From: Vicugna vicugna
Lineage: Eukaryota
NCBI GenBank assembly: GCA_013265495.1
Contig: MU058418.1
Coordinates: 62,001 to 126,000, forward strand
Direction of reading: 5' to 3'
Length of the DNA: 64,000 nucleotides
A program made the position numbers and the translations under genes. Shown piece after piece: positions 50,610-62,700 of the stretch. The notes beneath the pieces are model-generated. The model saw nothing but the letters and a program-made list of their open reading frames with translations. It was not told the DNA's origin and did not search any database. Every line of letters begins with the position of its first letter. Position 1 is the first letter of the stretch.

Positions 50610-52130
50610 AGTAGAAGGGTGCTTGTAGCTCACCCTTTCCCACCAATAAACCAGGAGTGACAGCCACGGACCCACCCATCCACTCAGAACACCTGCTGAA
50701 CTCTGACAGAACATCACCCTCTTCAAAAGACAAAATATGCCACAAATCTGGTAGGAGAAAAATAAAAAAGAAGAAAAAGGAAAATAGTGCAGGGCTGGTC
50801 CCACAGGGAGGGAGCGGCAAAGGAGGAATAGTGCTCATAGGCTGGGTCTTCCCCTCTCCAAGGAGAGGTCAGCAGGACGAGCGGGAACCTCCGAGGCTCA
50901 GATCTGTAAGGAATAGCCCTTGACCGACAGAACTAAGTTAAAGGGGCACAAAGGGTCCGTGCAACCCCCAGTCCTAGACGTGAACTGGCAGGGATGGGAC
51001 AGGACAGGCTGCCTGAGATGGGCAGAGGACTCGGGCCAGCTGTACAGAGGAAACCTCAGGAGACAGATCGGAACAGCATTGGCCTCCATAAAATACAAAA
51101 AAAAAAAAAAAAAAAAAAAAAAAAAGCAAAGCAACACTGCTGAAGTGCCCTGGGGGGAAGGGTGCCGTAGCCTTTGTCTCCTCAGACCCGCCCCACCTTT
51201 ACTGGTGGTGTTCTTGGGAGAAGAGAGGCAGGGCTCAGCCACAGCCACCATATTCTCAGGTGCCCTGCTCCCAGGTGAAGGCGGGTGGAAACCTAGGGGC
51301 TGCGCAACCCCATAGGCGGGACTGAGATTCTTTTACGGCCCCAGGCAGAGGGGAACCTTCTGCATCGGTGCCTCTGTGAACTCCCCTCTAAGACAAACGA
51401 ACTGAGAGCGGAGTTCTGGCACAGAGCAGGGGTGAGGGCTGGTGCGGCCATTTTCTCTGAGAGGGCCTACCGAGTGCAGACCCTGCACCACCGGGGAAGC
51501 AGCACTGAATGGGGGAGCAAACCGCTTACCTATCATGCATGAGCTTAGTACCCAGACACAGCGTTGTTAGAGGGCGCAACCCACCTGTCTTCTGTGCATG
51601 AGCTTGGCTCAGGAACGCTACGCGGTTAGAGGGCTCTACCCGCCTGCCTACCTTGCAGGAGCAGGGCACCAGGAAGTGGTGGTGTTTGGGGGCGGGACCT
51701 GCCCGCTTACCTTGCACATGCGCAGGTCCCGCCTTGGGAGGAGCCGCAACCATCTGCCTACCGGCACTGCGAGCAGCACAGATGAGGGCAGGCCAGGAGG
51801 GCCTCTGGAACTAGCTATCAGAATTTGCACAGCAGAGCAAGAACAGAACAGAAAGGAGGCCACGCTCAAAAGCCAGGGCAGGCCTCTGGCCACCGGAACA
51901 CAGGCCACACCCCCAACCAAAGGGATAACCGACAAAAGGCATGGAAGGAAGACTTGGTAACCACCCATACTTAAGAAGGATATCTACAAAATTATTAAGA
52001 GTACAGTCTCCATGGGAACACAACCACCTTTTTTTTTCTTTTTTCTTGTCCTTTATTAATTTTTATTTTTTAATCTTTTATTTTTTAATCCCTTTTAAAG
52101 TTTTCTTTAAAATTTTAAAAAAATTTTAAA

Positions 52131-52395
52131 TTTGTCTCAATTTGATTTTTATTTCTCTTTGTTTTGTTTTTCTGTTAATTATACTCTATTTTCAAATCTT
52201 TTTTCTTCTTTAAATTTTAAAAAATTGTCTCAATTTGATTTTTACTTCTTTGTTTTGTTCTTCTGTTAATGATTACACTGTTTTCAAATCTTTTTTTTTA
52301 TTTTTTAAAAATTTGTCTCAACTTGATTTTTATTTCTCTTTGTTTTGTTCTTCTGTTATTGGTTGTACTCTGTTTCCAATTTTTTTTTCTTTAAA
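52131..52395. repeat. Three copies of a ~90-bp T-rich tandem unit in the L1 5'UTR
   Basis: ttgtctcaa(t/c)ttgattttta...tgttttgtt(t/c)ttctgtta starting at 52132, 52225 and 52313. Confidence 0.9.
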
Positions 52396-52532
52396 ACTTT
52401 TTTTAGTTTTATTTCCACACCCACTTTGGATAGATAGATAGATAAATAAATAAACACACAAACAAACCCCTTCAGGACCACAGTAGATATCTTATACTCC
52501 ATAATCCATAGTGCCAGAGAGATATAAGTAAA

Positions 52533-53945
52533 ATGAAGAAGCAGAGGAACCACTCCCAATTAAAAAGACAAGAGAAATTCCCTGGAAGAATGATCAATGA
52601 AACAGACCTCAAAAGTCTACTAGACCCTACTTCAGGATGACACCTGCACCCCAATGTTCATAGCAGCACTATTTACGATAGCCAAGACATGGAAACAGCC
52701 TAAATGTCCATCAACAGATGACTGGTTAAAGAAGATGTGGTATATTTATACAATGGAATACTACTCATCCATAAAAACTGACAACATAATACCATTTGAA
52801 GCAACATGGATGCTCCTGGAGAATGTCATTCTAAGTAAGCCAGAAAGAGAAAGAAAAATACCATATGAGATCGCTCATAGGTGGAATCTAAAAAACAAAA
52901 ACAAAAACAAAAAAAACAAAGCAGAAATACAAAGCAGAAATAGACTCATAGACATAGAATACAAACTTGTGGTTGCCAAGGGGGCAGAGGGTGGGAAGGG
53001 ATAGACGGGATTTCAAAATTGTAGAATAGATAAACAAGATTATACTGTATAGCACAGGGAAATATACACAAGATCTTATGGTAGCTCACAGAAGAAAAAA
53101 TGTGACAATGAATACATATATGGTCATGTATAACTAAAAATTGTGCTCTACACTGGAATTTGACACAACATTGTAAAATGATTATGAATCAATAAAAAAT
53201 GTAAAAAAAAAAAGAAAGAAAGTCTACTATATCACAATTTCAAAAAGTAGTGATCAAAGTACTGAAGGAACTAAACGAGATTGTGAATAGAGACAGAGAA
53301 TATGTCAAAAAGGAAACAAACTACAAAGAGGAGCCAATTAAAATTGGAAAACTCATTTGCTGAGATAAGAGCTGAGCTAAAGGCTGTAAAAAGTAGGCTA
53401 GATAATGTAGAGGAATTAATAAATGACTTAGAAGACAAGAAAACAGAAGTCACCCAATCAGAACAGCTGAGAGAAAAACCAATGAAAACAACATAAGGGA
53501 CCTATGGGATAATATAAAGCATGCCAACCTATGCACAATAGGGGTCCCAGAAGGAGAAGAAAGAACAAAGGGGATTGAAAGGTATTTGAAGAAATCATGG
53601 CTGAAAACTTTCCAAACCTAAAGAAGGAATCAGATATTCAAGTACAGGAAGCACATAGGGTCCCAAACAAGAAGAACCCAAACAGGCTCACACTGAGACA
53701 TATTATAATCAGGATGGCCAGGATTAAGGATAAAGAAATGATTCTAAAGGCAGACAGAGAAAAACAAAGAATTAGTTACAAGGGAACCCCCATAAGGCTT
53801 TCACTTGATTTCTTTACACAAACACTGCAGGCCAGAAGGGAGTAGCAAGATATATTCAAAGTCCTAAGTGAGAAAAAGATGCAACCTAGGCTACTTTATC
53901 CAGCAAGGCTATCCTTTAGAATAGAAGGAGAGATAAAGAACTTCA

Positions 53946-53990
<45 letters not shown>

Positions 53991-54067
53991 TCACAAATAA
54001 GCAAATCTAAAAGAAATTTAGCAACACTAAACCCATGCTAAAAGAAATATTGAAAAGTCTACTCTAA
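52533..54067 (+). pseudogene. L1 ORF1p relic, disrupted by nested insertions, frameshifts and stops
   Basis: MKKQRNHSQLKRQEK start; coiled-coil segment at 53302-53496; MAENFPNLKKESDIQVQEAHRVP..RHIIIRM at 53597-53845. Confidence 0.92.
52624..53218 (+). mobile_element. Nested 5'-truncated younger L1 3' end
   Basis: MFIAALFTIAKTWKQPKCPS C-terminus, 3'UTR and A tail; TSD aaagtctacta at 52612-52622 and 53219-53229. Confidence 0.93.
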
Positions 54068-54516
54068 ATAGAAAAGAAGCAGATGGTACAGAAAGGAGAA
54101 AACCATAATTGGAAAAGTGATAACTACCATGAATTACAACAGAATAAACACAAAATTGTGAAAGAAGACATCTAAATCATTAAGGGTGGGTGAGGGGAGC
54201 AAGAAAATATAGTGTTTTTCTTTCTTTTCTTTTCTCTTCTTCTTTTTTTTCTTTTTTTTTTTTTGTTTTTTTGTTTGTTTGTTTTTGTTCTTGGTAGGAT
54301 GGGTTTGAGCTTATAGTACTATCAGTTTAAAACAAACAGATATAGTAATGGGTTAACATACGTACAAAACAAGGTAACCACAAGCCAAAAGCTTACAACA
54401 GAGTCACAAAAACTAAAAAGAAACCAAGATAATACAAAGGAAAATTATCAAACCACAAAAAGAAAAAGAAAGGAACAAAGAGGAAACACCAACTCAACTG
54501 CAAAACTAATTTCAAA

Positions 54517-57102
54517 ATAGCAATAAACACACATCTATCAATAATTACCATAAATGTCAATGGACTAAATGCTCCAATCGAAAGACATAGAGTGGCAGAT
54601 TGGATAATAAAATAAGAACCTACAAAATGCTGTGTACAAGAGACCCACTTTAGGGAGAAGGACACACATAGATTGAGAGTGAGAGGATGGAAAAAGATAT
54701 GCCATGCAAATGGAAATGACAAGAAAGCAGGAGTAGCAATACTGATTTCAGACAAAATAGACTTTAAAACAAAGGCCATAGAGAAAGATAAAGAAGGACG
54801 TTATATAATGATTAAAGAAGCACTACAAGATAAGGAGGTTACATTCGTTAATATATATGCACCCAATATAGGAGCACCTAAATACATAAAGCAAATACTA
54901 ACATATATAAAGGGAGAGACCGATGGGAACACAATCATAGTAGGAGAATTTAACACCCCATTAACATCACTGGACAGATCTTTCAGACAGAAAATAAGGC
55001 AACAGAGAAACTAAATGATACAATAGAACGATTAGACTTTGGCTGATATTTTCAGAACATTGTATCCCCCCAAAATGGAATATATATTCTTTTCAAGTGC
55101 GCTTGGAACATTTTCTAGGATAGATCATGTACTCAGGCACAAAAGAATCCTCAAGAAATTTAAGAAGATAGAAATTATTTCAAGCATCTTTTGTGACCAC
55201 AATGCCATGAAATTAGAAATCAACTACAGAAAAAAAAGGAGAAAAAAATCACAGCATGGAGATTAAACAATATGCTACTAAAAAAAAAAAAAACCAAACC
55301 AATGGGTCAATGATTAAATCAAAGAAGAAATTTTAAAAATACGTTGAGACAAATGACAATGAAGACACAACCACACAAAAATCTATGAGATGCAGCAAAA
55401 ACAGTCCTATAAAGGAAGTTCTTAGCAATACAGGCCTTCTCAAAAAAGAAGAACAATCTCAAATAATCTAACCTACCAGCAAAAAGGACTAGAAAAAGAA
55501 GAGCAAACAAAACCAAAAGTCAGCAGAAGGAGGGAAATAATATAGATCAGGGAGGAAATAAATGAAATAGGTTAAAAAAAACAATAGAAAAAAATCAATC
55601 AAACCAAGAGCTGGTTTTCTGAAAGAGTAAACAAAATTGACAAACCTCTGGCCAAGCTCACCAAGAAGAGAAAAGAGCACAAATAAACAAAATAAGAAAG
55701 AAAAATGGAGAAATTGCAACCAATACCACAGAAATAAAAAATATCATACGACACTACTATGAACAACTATATGGAAACGAAACAGATAACCTAGAAGAAA
55801 TGGACAAGTTTCTGAAAACATACAGTCCACCAAGACTGAATCAAGAAGAAACTGACCACTTGAATAAACCAATCACTAGAAATGAAATAGAATTAGCAAT
55901 AGAAAACCTCCCTACAAATAAAAGTCCAGTACAGGATGGCTTCATTGGGGAAGTCTACCAAACATACAAAGAAGAACTCATATTGGTCCTTCTCAAACTC
56001 TTCCAGAAGATTGAAAAGAAGGGAGTACTCCCAAATTCATTCTGTGAAGCCACTATCACCCTGATGCCAAAACCAATCTCTTCAGCAAATGGTGTTGGGA
56101 AAACTGGACAGCTGTTTGTAAATAAATGATGTTAGAATACTCCCTCACACCATATACAAAAATAAACTCAAAATGGCTTAAAGACTTAAACATAAGACAA
56201 GACATAATAAATCTCCTAGAAGACAACATAGGCAAAACATTATCTCACAAACATATCAGCAATGTTCTTCTAGAGCAGTCTACCCAAGCAATAGAAATAA
56301 AAGCAAAAATAAACCTAATTAAACTTATAAGCTTTTGCACAGCAAAGGAAACCATAAGCAAAACAAAATGACAACCTATGGAATGGAAGAAAATATTTGC
56401 AAAAGATGAGACTGACAAGGGCTTGATTTCCAGAATATATAAACAGCTCATATGACTTAATAAGAAAAAAAAACAAACAACCCAATCCAAAAATGGGCAG
56501 AAGACCTACACAAGCAATTTGCCAATGAAGACATACAAATGACTGATAGGCACATGAAAAAAATGCTAAATATCACTTACTTATCAGAGAAATGCAAATC
56601 AAAACTACAAGATATCACCTCACACAAGTCAGAATGGCCATTATTCAAAAGTCCACAAATGACAAATGCTGGAGAGAGTGTGGAGAAAAGGGAACCCTCC
56701 AACACTGTTGGTAGGAATGCAGTTTGGTGCAGCCAGTGTGGAAAACAGTATGGAGATTCCTCAAAAGATTAAAAATAGACTTACCATATGACCCAGCAGT
56801 CCTACTCCTGGGCATATATCCAGCGGGAACCTTAATTCAAAAAGACACCTGCACCCCAATGTTCACAGCAGCACTGTTTACAATAGCCAAGACATGGAAA
56901 CTACCTAAATGTCCATCAACAGATGACTGGATAAAGAAGTTGTGGCATATTTACACAATGGAATACTACTCAGCCATAAAAAATATTTTTAAAAAAGCCA
57001 TTTGCAGCAATATGGATGGCCCTGGAGAATGTCATTCTAGGTGAAGTAAGCCAGAAAGAGAAAGAAAAATACCATATGATATCACTCATATGTGGAATCT
57101 AA
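54517..57102 (+). pseudogene. L1 ORF2p relic: endonuclease and C-terminal domains present, RT missing
   Basis: Start codon reads ATA; NVNGLNAP, KKAGVAILISDK, NIYAPN and SRIDH EN motifs; [10 protein letters not shown] joined directly to [11 protein letters not shown] at about 56075. Confidence 0.93.
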
Positions 57103-57989
57103 AAAAAAGAGACAAATGAACTTATATATAAAACAGAAACAGACTCACAGACATAGAATACAGACTTGTGGTTGCCAGGGGGAGGAGGGTGGGAAGGGAT
57201 AAACTGGGAGTTCGAGATTTGCAGATATGGACTGGTATATATACAATAGATTTTTTAAAAAGTTTATACTGTATAGCACAGGGAAATATATTCAATACCT
57301 TGTAGTAGCTTACAGTGAAAAAGAATATGAAAATGAATATATGTATGTTCATGTATGACTGAAGCATTGTGCTGTGCACCAGAAATAGACAGAATATTGT
57401 AAACTGACTATACCTCAATTTAAAAAAAAAACTTTCACACAAAACTAATCACTTAAGAATCCAACTTAAAATCCTTGACAATTTCTCTTAATAATTTGAA
57501 AAGGTTTTTTTTTTGAAAGTTACATTAAGAGGTCAAGGTATAAATTGATGCTAACTATTTGTGAAAACCTTTCTGAATAATAATAAATCAGATTACCTTA
57601 AAAGCAATTAAGCTTTTAAGCTCGTTAAGCTAAAACTCCTCCATGATAAGTAGAAAGCCTGCTTCTCAGGTCCACATTCTATACGAGGAGCCAAGGAGTT
57701 TTAGATCAGGCTGTTCCACTGTTGACTGTGGTTTTGTGTATATCATACTGGGGAGAAATCTGCCAGGAGTTCCCTGAGGTACTTGGTCACACTCCCAGTC
57801 TAACTCTGGGCAGGAACCAGCCATCTAAGTCACATTGGCTCACTACAGGATACAAGGCTCAATGCAAGCCTGTCCCTAAGCATTGCCTCCACTCAGGATC
57901 ATTGGAGACATCCTACAGGTCACAAGAGGGACCAGATATGGTATTGTGAGAGGGTAAACCAGGATATCCCAGAGGGCACCCTAACTTTT

Positions 57990-58503
57990 ATCTTTAAACT
58001 TTGATCTTCAGGATGAGCCAAATGTACATTCCCTGTAACAGGCGGGCCCCTGAAAACAGATGGCACACCAAAAGGGTTTAACTGAAGCAAACTGAATGAA
58101 GGAGTTACTTGCATAATGTTGGCAGGGTTATGGAAACCACAATGGAAGGTGAAGCACACAGTCCAGCAACAATCAGGAGCCCTGACCTCCCTTAGGCTCC
58201 ACGGCCTTACTGGAGTAGGAGAGAAGCGCACGGTGGCAGTGAGGTCCACCCACCTGGACTGTGCATACCGAGAGAGGTGGCCGCCAACCAGACTGAAGCC
58301 CAGTGGCTGAGGAAGTAAACATATCAACTCTCTCCTCCCACTCTCCCATCTCCCGCCAGTGCCTCTTGTTAAGTGACCCAACCAGTGGCCAGTGGTCAAG
58401 GTCATCAGGGGATACAGTCCCTACAGGTAGCATGGCAGGACACAGAGCAGGGCAGAAAAGCAGAGACTGAATCTTAAGGCCAAACAGAAAATTAACCATC
58501 ACA
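57990..58503 (-). mobile_element. Old ERVL LTR (LTR33/LTR67-like)
   Basis: cacagagcagggcagaaaag...caaacagaaaattaaccatcaca end resembles the reverse complement of the 61583 element head. Confidence 0.5.
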
Positions 58504-58779
58504 TTTTTCTCTCAGAGACAACAGAAAGATAAGGTTAACTTACATGCTAATGGCCTAGTTTGATTGGCAGAAAGTACAAGTGGCAGAGAATATGGGTGAA
58601 GATCAAACATTCTAAAACCCGAAACTCCATATTTTGTAGATGTTAATAGACAAGATACAGAACAGTTCATGTTCAGGGGGACATTTGAAATAATCTTTGG
58701 AAGTATATACCATAAGCTAAATTACTTAATGCTGGCATTCTGTTGATTATGATTCTATTGCTTATTCTGTATGTTAGAT

Positions 58780-58965
58780 ATATAGATAGAGGACAGAGAT
58801 ATAGACATAGAACATATATAGATATATAGAATGTATTCTATAGAAAGATAATATATAGGAATATATATTATACATGCTTATATACGTGTATTTAGATAAT
58901 CATATATATGTCTGTATGTGTGTGTGAGTATATAAAAATATATGTATTTATTTATGTATTTCTAT
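58780..58965. repeat. AT-rich low-complexity (TA)n/(TAGA)n tract
   Basis: Degenerate tatatagatatatag runs. Confidence 0.8.
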
Positions 58966-59318
58966 AGATCAAAATATTAATGGCTAGATGAGTGATGGGT
59001 AACTTCTGCTTCACAAAACTTTCAAGATAAAATTATTGCATGCTGGTGGGAACGAAAATTTATATGACCTTTCTGGCAGATAGTAGAGCAATGTATTATC
59101 AAAAGCCTTAAAAAAAATGTGCACACTATCTCTTTTTTTAATTGATAATTCCAGTGCAAGTACTCTTATAGGCTGTTAAGGAAAGTATAAATTGTTACAA
59201 CTTCTTTGGCTGTCAAATTGGCAGAACCTACTAAAATTTTAGTACACATACACTTTGACCTAATAATGTCACTCTTAGGGAATTGAATATGGGTACAAAA
59301 TACATGAATAAGAATGCT

Positions 59319-60626
59319 GAACCTGAAACCATGAAACTCTTAGAAGAGAATGTAGGCAGTAAGTTTCTTGACATAGGTCTTGGCAATGATTTTTTGGGTT
59401 TGACACCAAAAGCAAAGGCAACATAAGCAAAAATAAACAAGTGGACTACTTCACACTAAAAAACTTCTGCACAGCAAATGAAATCATCAACAAAATGAAA
59501 AGGTAACCTACTGAATGGAAGAAAACATTTGCAAACCATACTACAGTAAGGGGTTAATATCCAAAATGTATAAAGAACTCATACAACTTAATAACAAAAA
59601 ACAATCCAATTTAAAAATGGGCAGAGTATCTGAATAGACATTTTTCTAAAGAAGACATATAGGTGGCCAACATTCATGTGAAAAGATGCTCAACATCACT
59701 AATAGTCAGAGAAATGCAAATTCAGACCACAATGAGATATCACCTTACGCATGTTAGAATGGCTGTTACGAAAGAGACAAGAAATAAAAAGTATTGGTGA
59801 GGATGTAGAGAAAAGGGAACCATTGTACATTGCTGATGAGAATGTAAATTGGTATAGTAACTGTGGAAAACAGTAAGGAGGTTCCTCAAAAATAAAAATA
59901 AAAAATAAAGCTAATACATGATCCAGCAATTTTACTGCTAGGCATTTATTTGAATAAAACAAAAATACTAACCCTAAAGGATATGTGCACCCCAATGTTC
60001 ATTGTAAAATTATTTATAATTGTCAAGATATGGAAACAACCTAAGTGTCCATCAAGGGATAGTTAAAGAATAGTTAAAGAAAATGTGAGGGATATATACA
60101 ATGGAATATTCTTCCTCCATAAAAATGAATGAAATCTTACCATTTGCGACAACATGGATGGACCTGGAGCATATTATACTAAGTGCAATAAGTCAGACAG
60201 AGAAAGACAAACAGCATATGATCTCATTTTTATTTGGAATCTTTAAAAAAAAAAAAAAAAGCAGGCTCATAGATACAGAGAAGAGACTGGTGGTTGCCAG
60301 AGGCAGGAGGTCAGAAGGGGTGGGCAAAATGGGTGAAGGGAGTCAAAAAGTACAAACTTTCAGTAATAGAATAAATAAGTCATGGGGATGTAATGTACAG
60401 CACGGTGACTATAATTAATAATACTGACTTGCATATTTCACAGTTGCTAAGAGAGTAAATCTTGAGTTCTCATCACAAGAAAAATATTGTATTCACTATA
60501 TGTGGTGACAAATGTTAACTAGGCTCACTGGGGTGAGCATTTCACAGTGTATACAAATATGGAATCATTATGTTGTACACCTGAAACCAACATAATGTTG
60601 TATATCAACTATACCTCAATTTAAAG
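59319..60626 (+). mobile_element. 5'-truncated L1 (L1MA-like), ORF2 C-terminus plus 3'UTR
   Basis: ILPFATTWMDLEHIILS peptide; TSD aagaatgct at 59310-59318 and 60627-60635. Confidence 0.92.
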
Positions 60627-61177
60627 AAGAATGCTTATTGTGTCATTGTTAGCCATGCACTAAATATGTGTGTGTTATATACACATATATAAATACATTT
60701 GAAAACCATTTAAATATCCATCAGTAAGAGAACAGTTGAAAACAAAATCTTCAAGGGTCTCCCATTTCAGAGGTCACTAGCCATTCCCTTGTACACCCTG
60801 CAAACTTAGGATATAACCTGTACCCCTGAGGATCTAGAAAAGAATGTGGCTGGCACAGAGTAGATAGTCAATCAATATATGACAAATAAATATTCTTTGT
60901 GTCTCTTCCCTCACCCAGGTTATCCAATCTATTATCAAGTTGTGTTGACTTTATTTTTTAACTATCTCTGAAATCCATCCACTTCTCTCCTTCTCCACTG
61001 CTAGGAGTGGAATCTATTTATGTATCTCTCACCTAGATTATAAAATAGCCTCCTATATGGTGTCTCGGCATCTCCTCTGGCCACCTTCCAATCAGTTCTC
61101 AGCTAAAACCAGGCCATCTTTCCAAAATGAAGACCTGATCATATCACCCCACCCCCAGCCTTAAATGACTTTCCATT

Positions 61178-61554
61178 TGTTAGTTTGCCAGGGACATTAT
61201 AACAAAATACCGCAGACTGCATGGCTGTCAGAAATTAACTTTCTCACAGTTCTAGAGGCTGGAAGTCCAAAAGCAATGTGTCGGCAGGGCTTGTTTCTTC
61301 TGCGGCCTCTCTCCTTGGCTTGCAGATGGCTACTTTCTCTGTCCTCGCTTGGTCTTTCTTCTGTAGATATCTGTGTCCTAACCTCTTCTTCTAAGGACCC
61401 CAGTCGTATTGAATTAGGACACCTCCTCATATGAATTCGTTTTACCTGAATTATGTCTTTAAAGGCCCTGTCCCCAAATACAGTCACATTCTGGGCTACT
61501 GGGGTTTGAATTTCAACATATGAACTTGAGGGGAACACCATTCAGCCTCTAGCA
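61178..61554 (-). mobile_element. MaLR LTR (MLT1A/B-like)
   Basis: ataacaaaataccgcagactg...ctcacagttctagaggctggaagtcc...ccaaatacagtcacattctg...ttcagcctctagca. Confidence 0.87.
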
Positions 61555-61582
61555 CCATTGCTCTTGAGATAAAGTCCATGGC

Positions 61583-62050
61583 TGTGCTGGAGGTTTTTGG
61601 TTTGCCCCTCCCGGTCCAGTCTTCCCTTGGCTTCACCCTGTCTGCTGTGTCCCTGGAGGCTGACCTGTATGGATCGTGCTCTCTGGCTGCCAGGAGGGTT
61701 TGGCAAATGGGAGGCAACACTAGGAAGTCTGGAGGGTGGCAGGAGGATAAAGATGAGGTACCTTTCCCCGACATTCCTCTCTGCCAGGTCACCTCAGTGC
61801 GGGTGTGTCCCTCCACTGTAAGGCCACAGCTCCAGTCAGGCAGCCCTCTCCACACAGTGACTAACTGGGCTCCAGTAACGGCACCTGTTTTGGTCCTTAA
61901 GGGCTCCCTGCTAGCACCAGCAGGGATAATGCTCCTTCTCCCCGCCTTTACTAAACCCTGCCCACACCCTTGTAAGCAATCTCTTCATTAGACTGCTCTC
62001 AAATTACACAACTGGATGTGTCATCTGCTTCCTGCCACGCCCCTAATACA
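61583..62050 (+). mobile_element. ERVL LTR (LTR33/LTR41-like)
   Basis: tgtgctgg...tttgcccctcc...ggaggctgacctgtatgga...catctgcttcctgcca...ctaataca. Confidence 0.75.
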
Positions 62051-62255
62051 ACAGTTTGCAAAGTCCTTTACGTTCTGGCCCTTGCAAAACTCTGCACCCT
62101 CATGGGACACGCCTCTCCTGCTCCCTCTTTCTGCTTCAACCACTCTGGCCTTCATGCAATTCTTCAGGTAGGCCTACCGACTTGAAATATTAACAAGCAT
62201 ACACTCCTGTTGTTTTTAAACTATTTAAAACTATATTAAAATGTATGTGACATTT

Positions 62256-62700
62256 TGTCTTAGGTCAGGTTCCCAGGGAGCCAGATGCTGAGAGATCTGT
62301 GTGCGAGAGGCTCTGGAGGGGAATGCCCTGAGATTCGACACCTGTGAGGGGGCCAGGGAAGCAGGACTGGGCAGAAGGAGCAGGGGGGTACTTTGTGATA
62401 CTTTGGGAATGAAAGCCTCACCTGGTTCCATGGGAGTGGGAGCTGGGCTGGCTGGCCCTCCAGAGCTGACTGGGATTGAGGCAAGGAGGCTGGGCCTTTG
62501 AACTTCTACATCCACAATCACTGACAGTGAGCTGGTCCTGAGAAGGCGCATAACCTCAGGTGAGGTAACTTCCTTCAGCCAAGAGAGGTACTGGGAAGGG
62601 AATCAGTTGTGAGTAGTTAGCAGTCAGCACCCTCGGAAGTGGGGAAATGAGTCCCTGGGTCCTAAAGGGAGATCTAGGTGGCACATCACAATGTCTGCCA
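62256..62700 (-). mobile_element. ERVL LTR (LTR16-like)
   Basis: tgtcttaggtcaggttccc...cacctgtgaggggg...ggaagcaggactgggcagaagg. Confidence 0.75.

Larger units (their letters stand above)
50588..57430 (+). mobile_element. End-to-end LINE-1 (5'UTR, ORF1, ORF2, 3'UTR, polyA), inactive, RT domain deleted
   Basis: TSD aaaaa(t/a)actttcacaca at 50571-50587 and 57425-57441 at a TT|AAAAA site; GC/CpG-rich 5'UTR; ORF1 and ORF2 homology. Confidence 0.96.

Noticed and set aside
50920..51315. 131-aa ORF with a poly-lysine run
   Set aside because: The poly-K is an A29 homopolymer in the L1 5'UTR; there is no ATG start and the ORF reflects GC-rich composition
52131..52395. CRISPR-like repeat-spacer array
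   Set aside because: Whole units are homologous with no unique spacers, there are no cas genes, and the context is a mammalian L1
57920..58405. Longest ORF in the window (161 aa), and the 137-aa ORF at 61578-61991
   Set aside because: Both lie largely within decayed ERVL-type LTRs and have no recognisable domain
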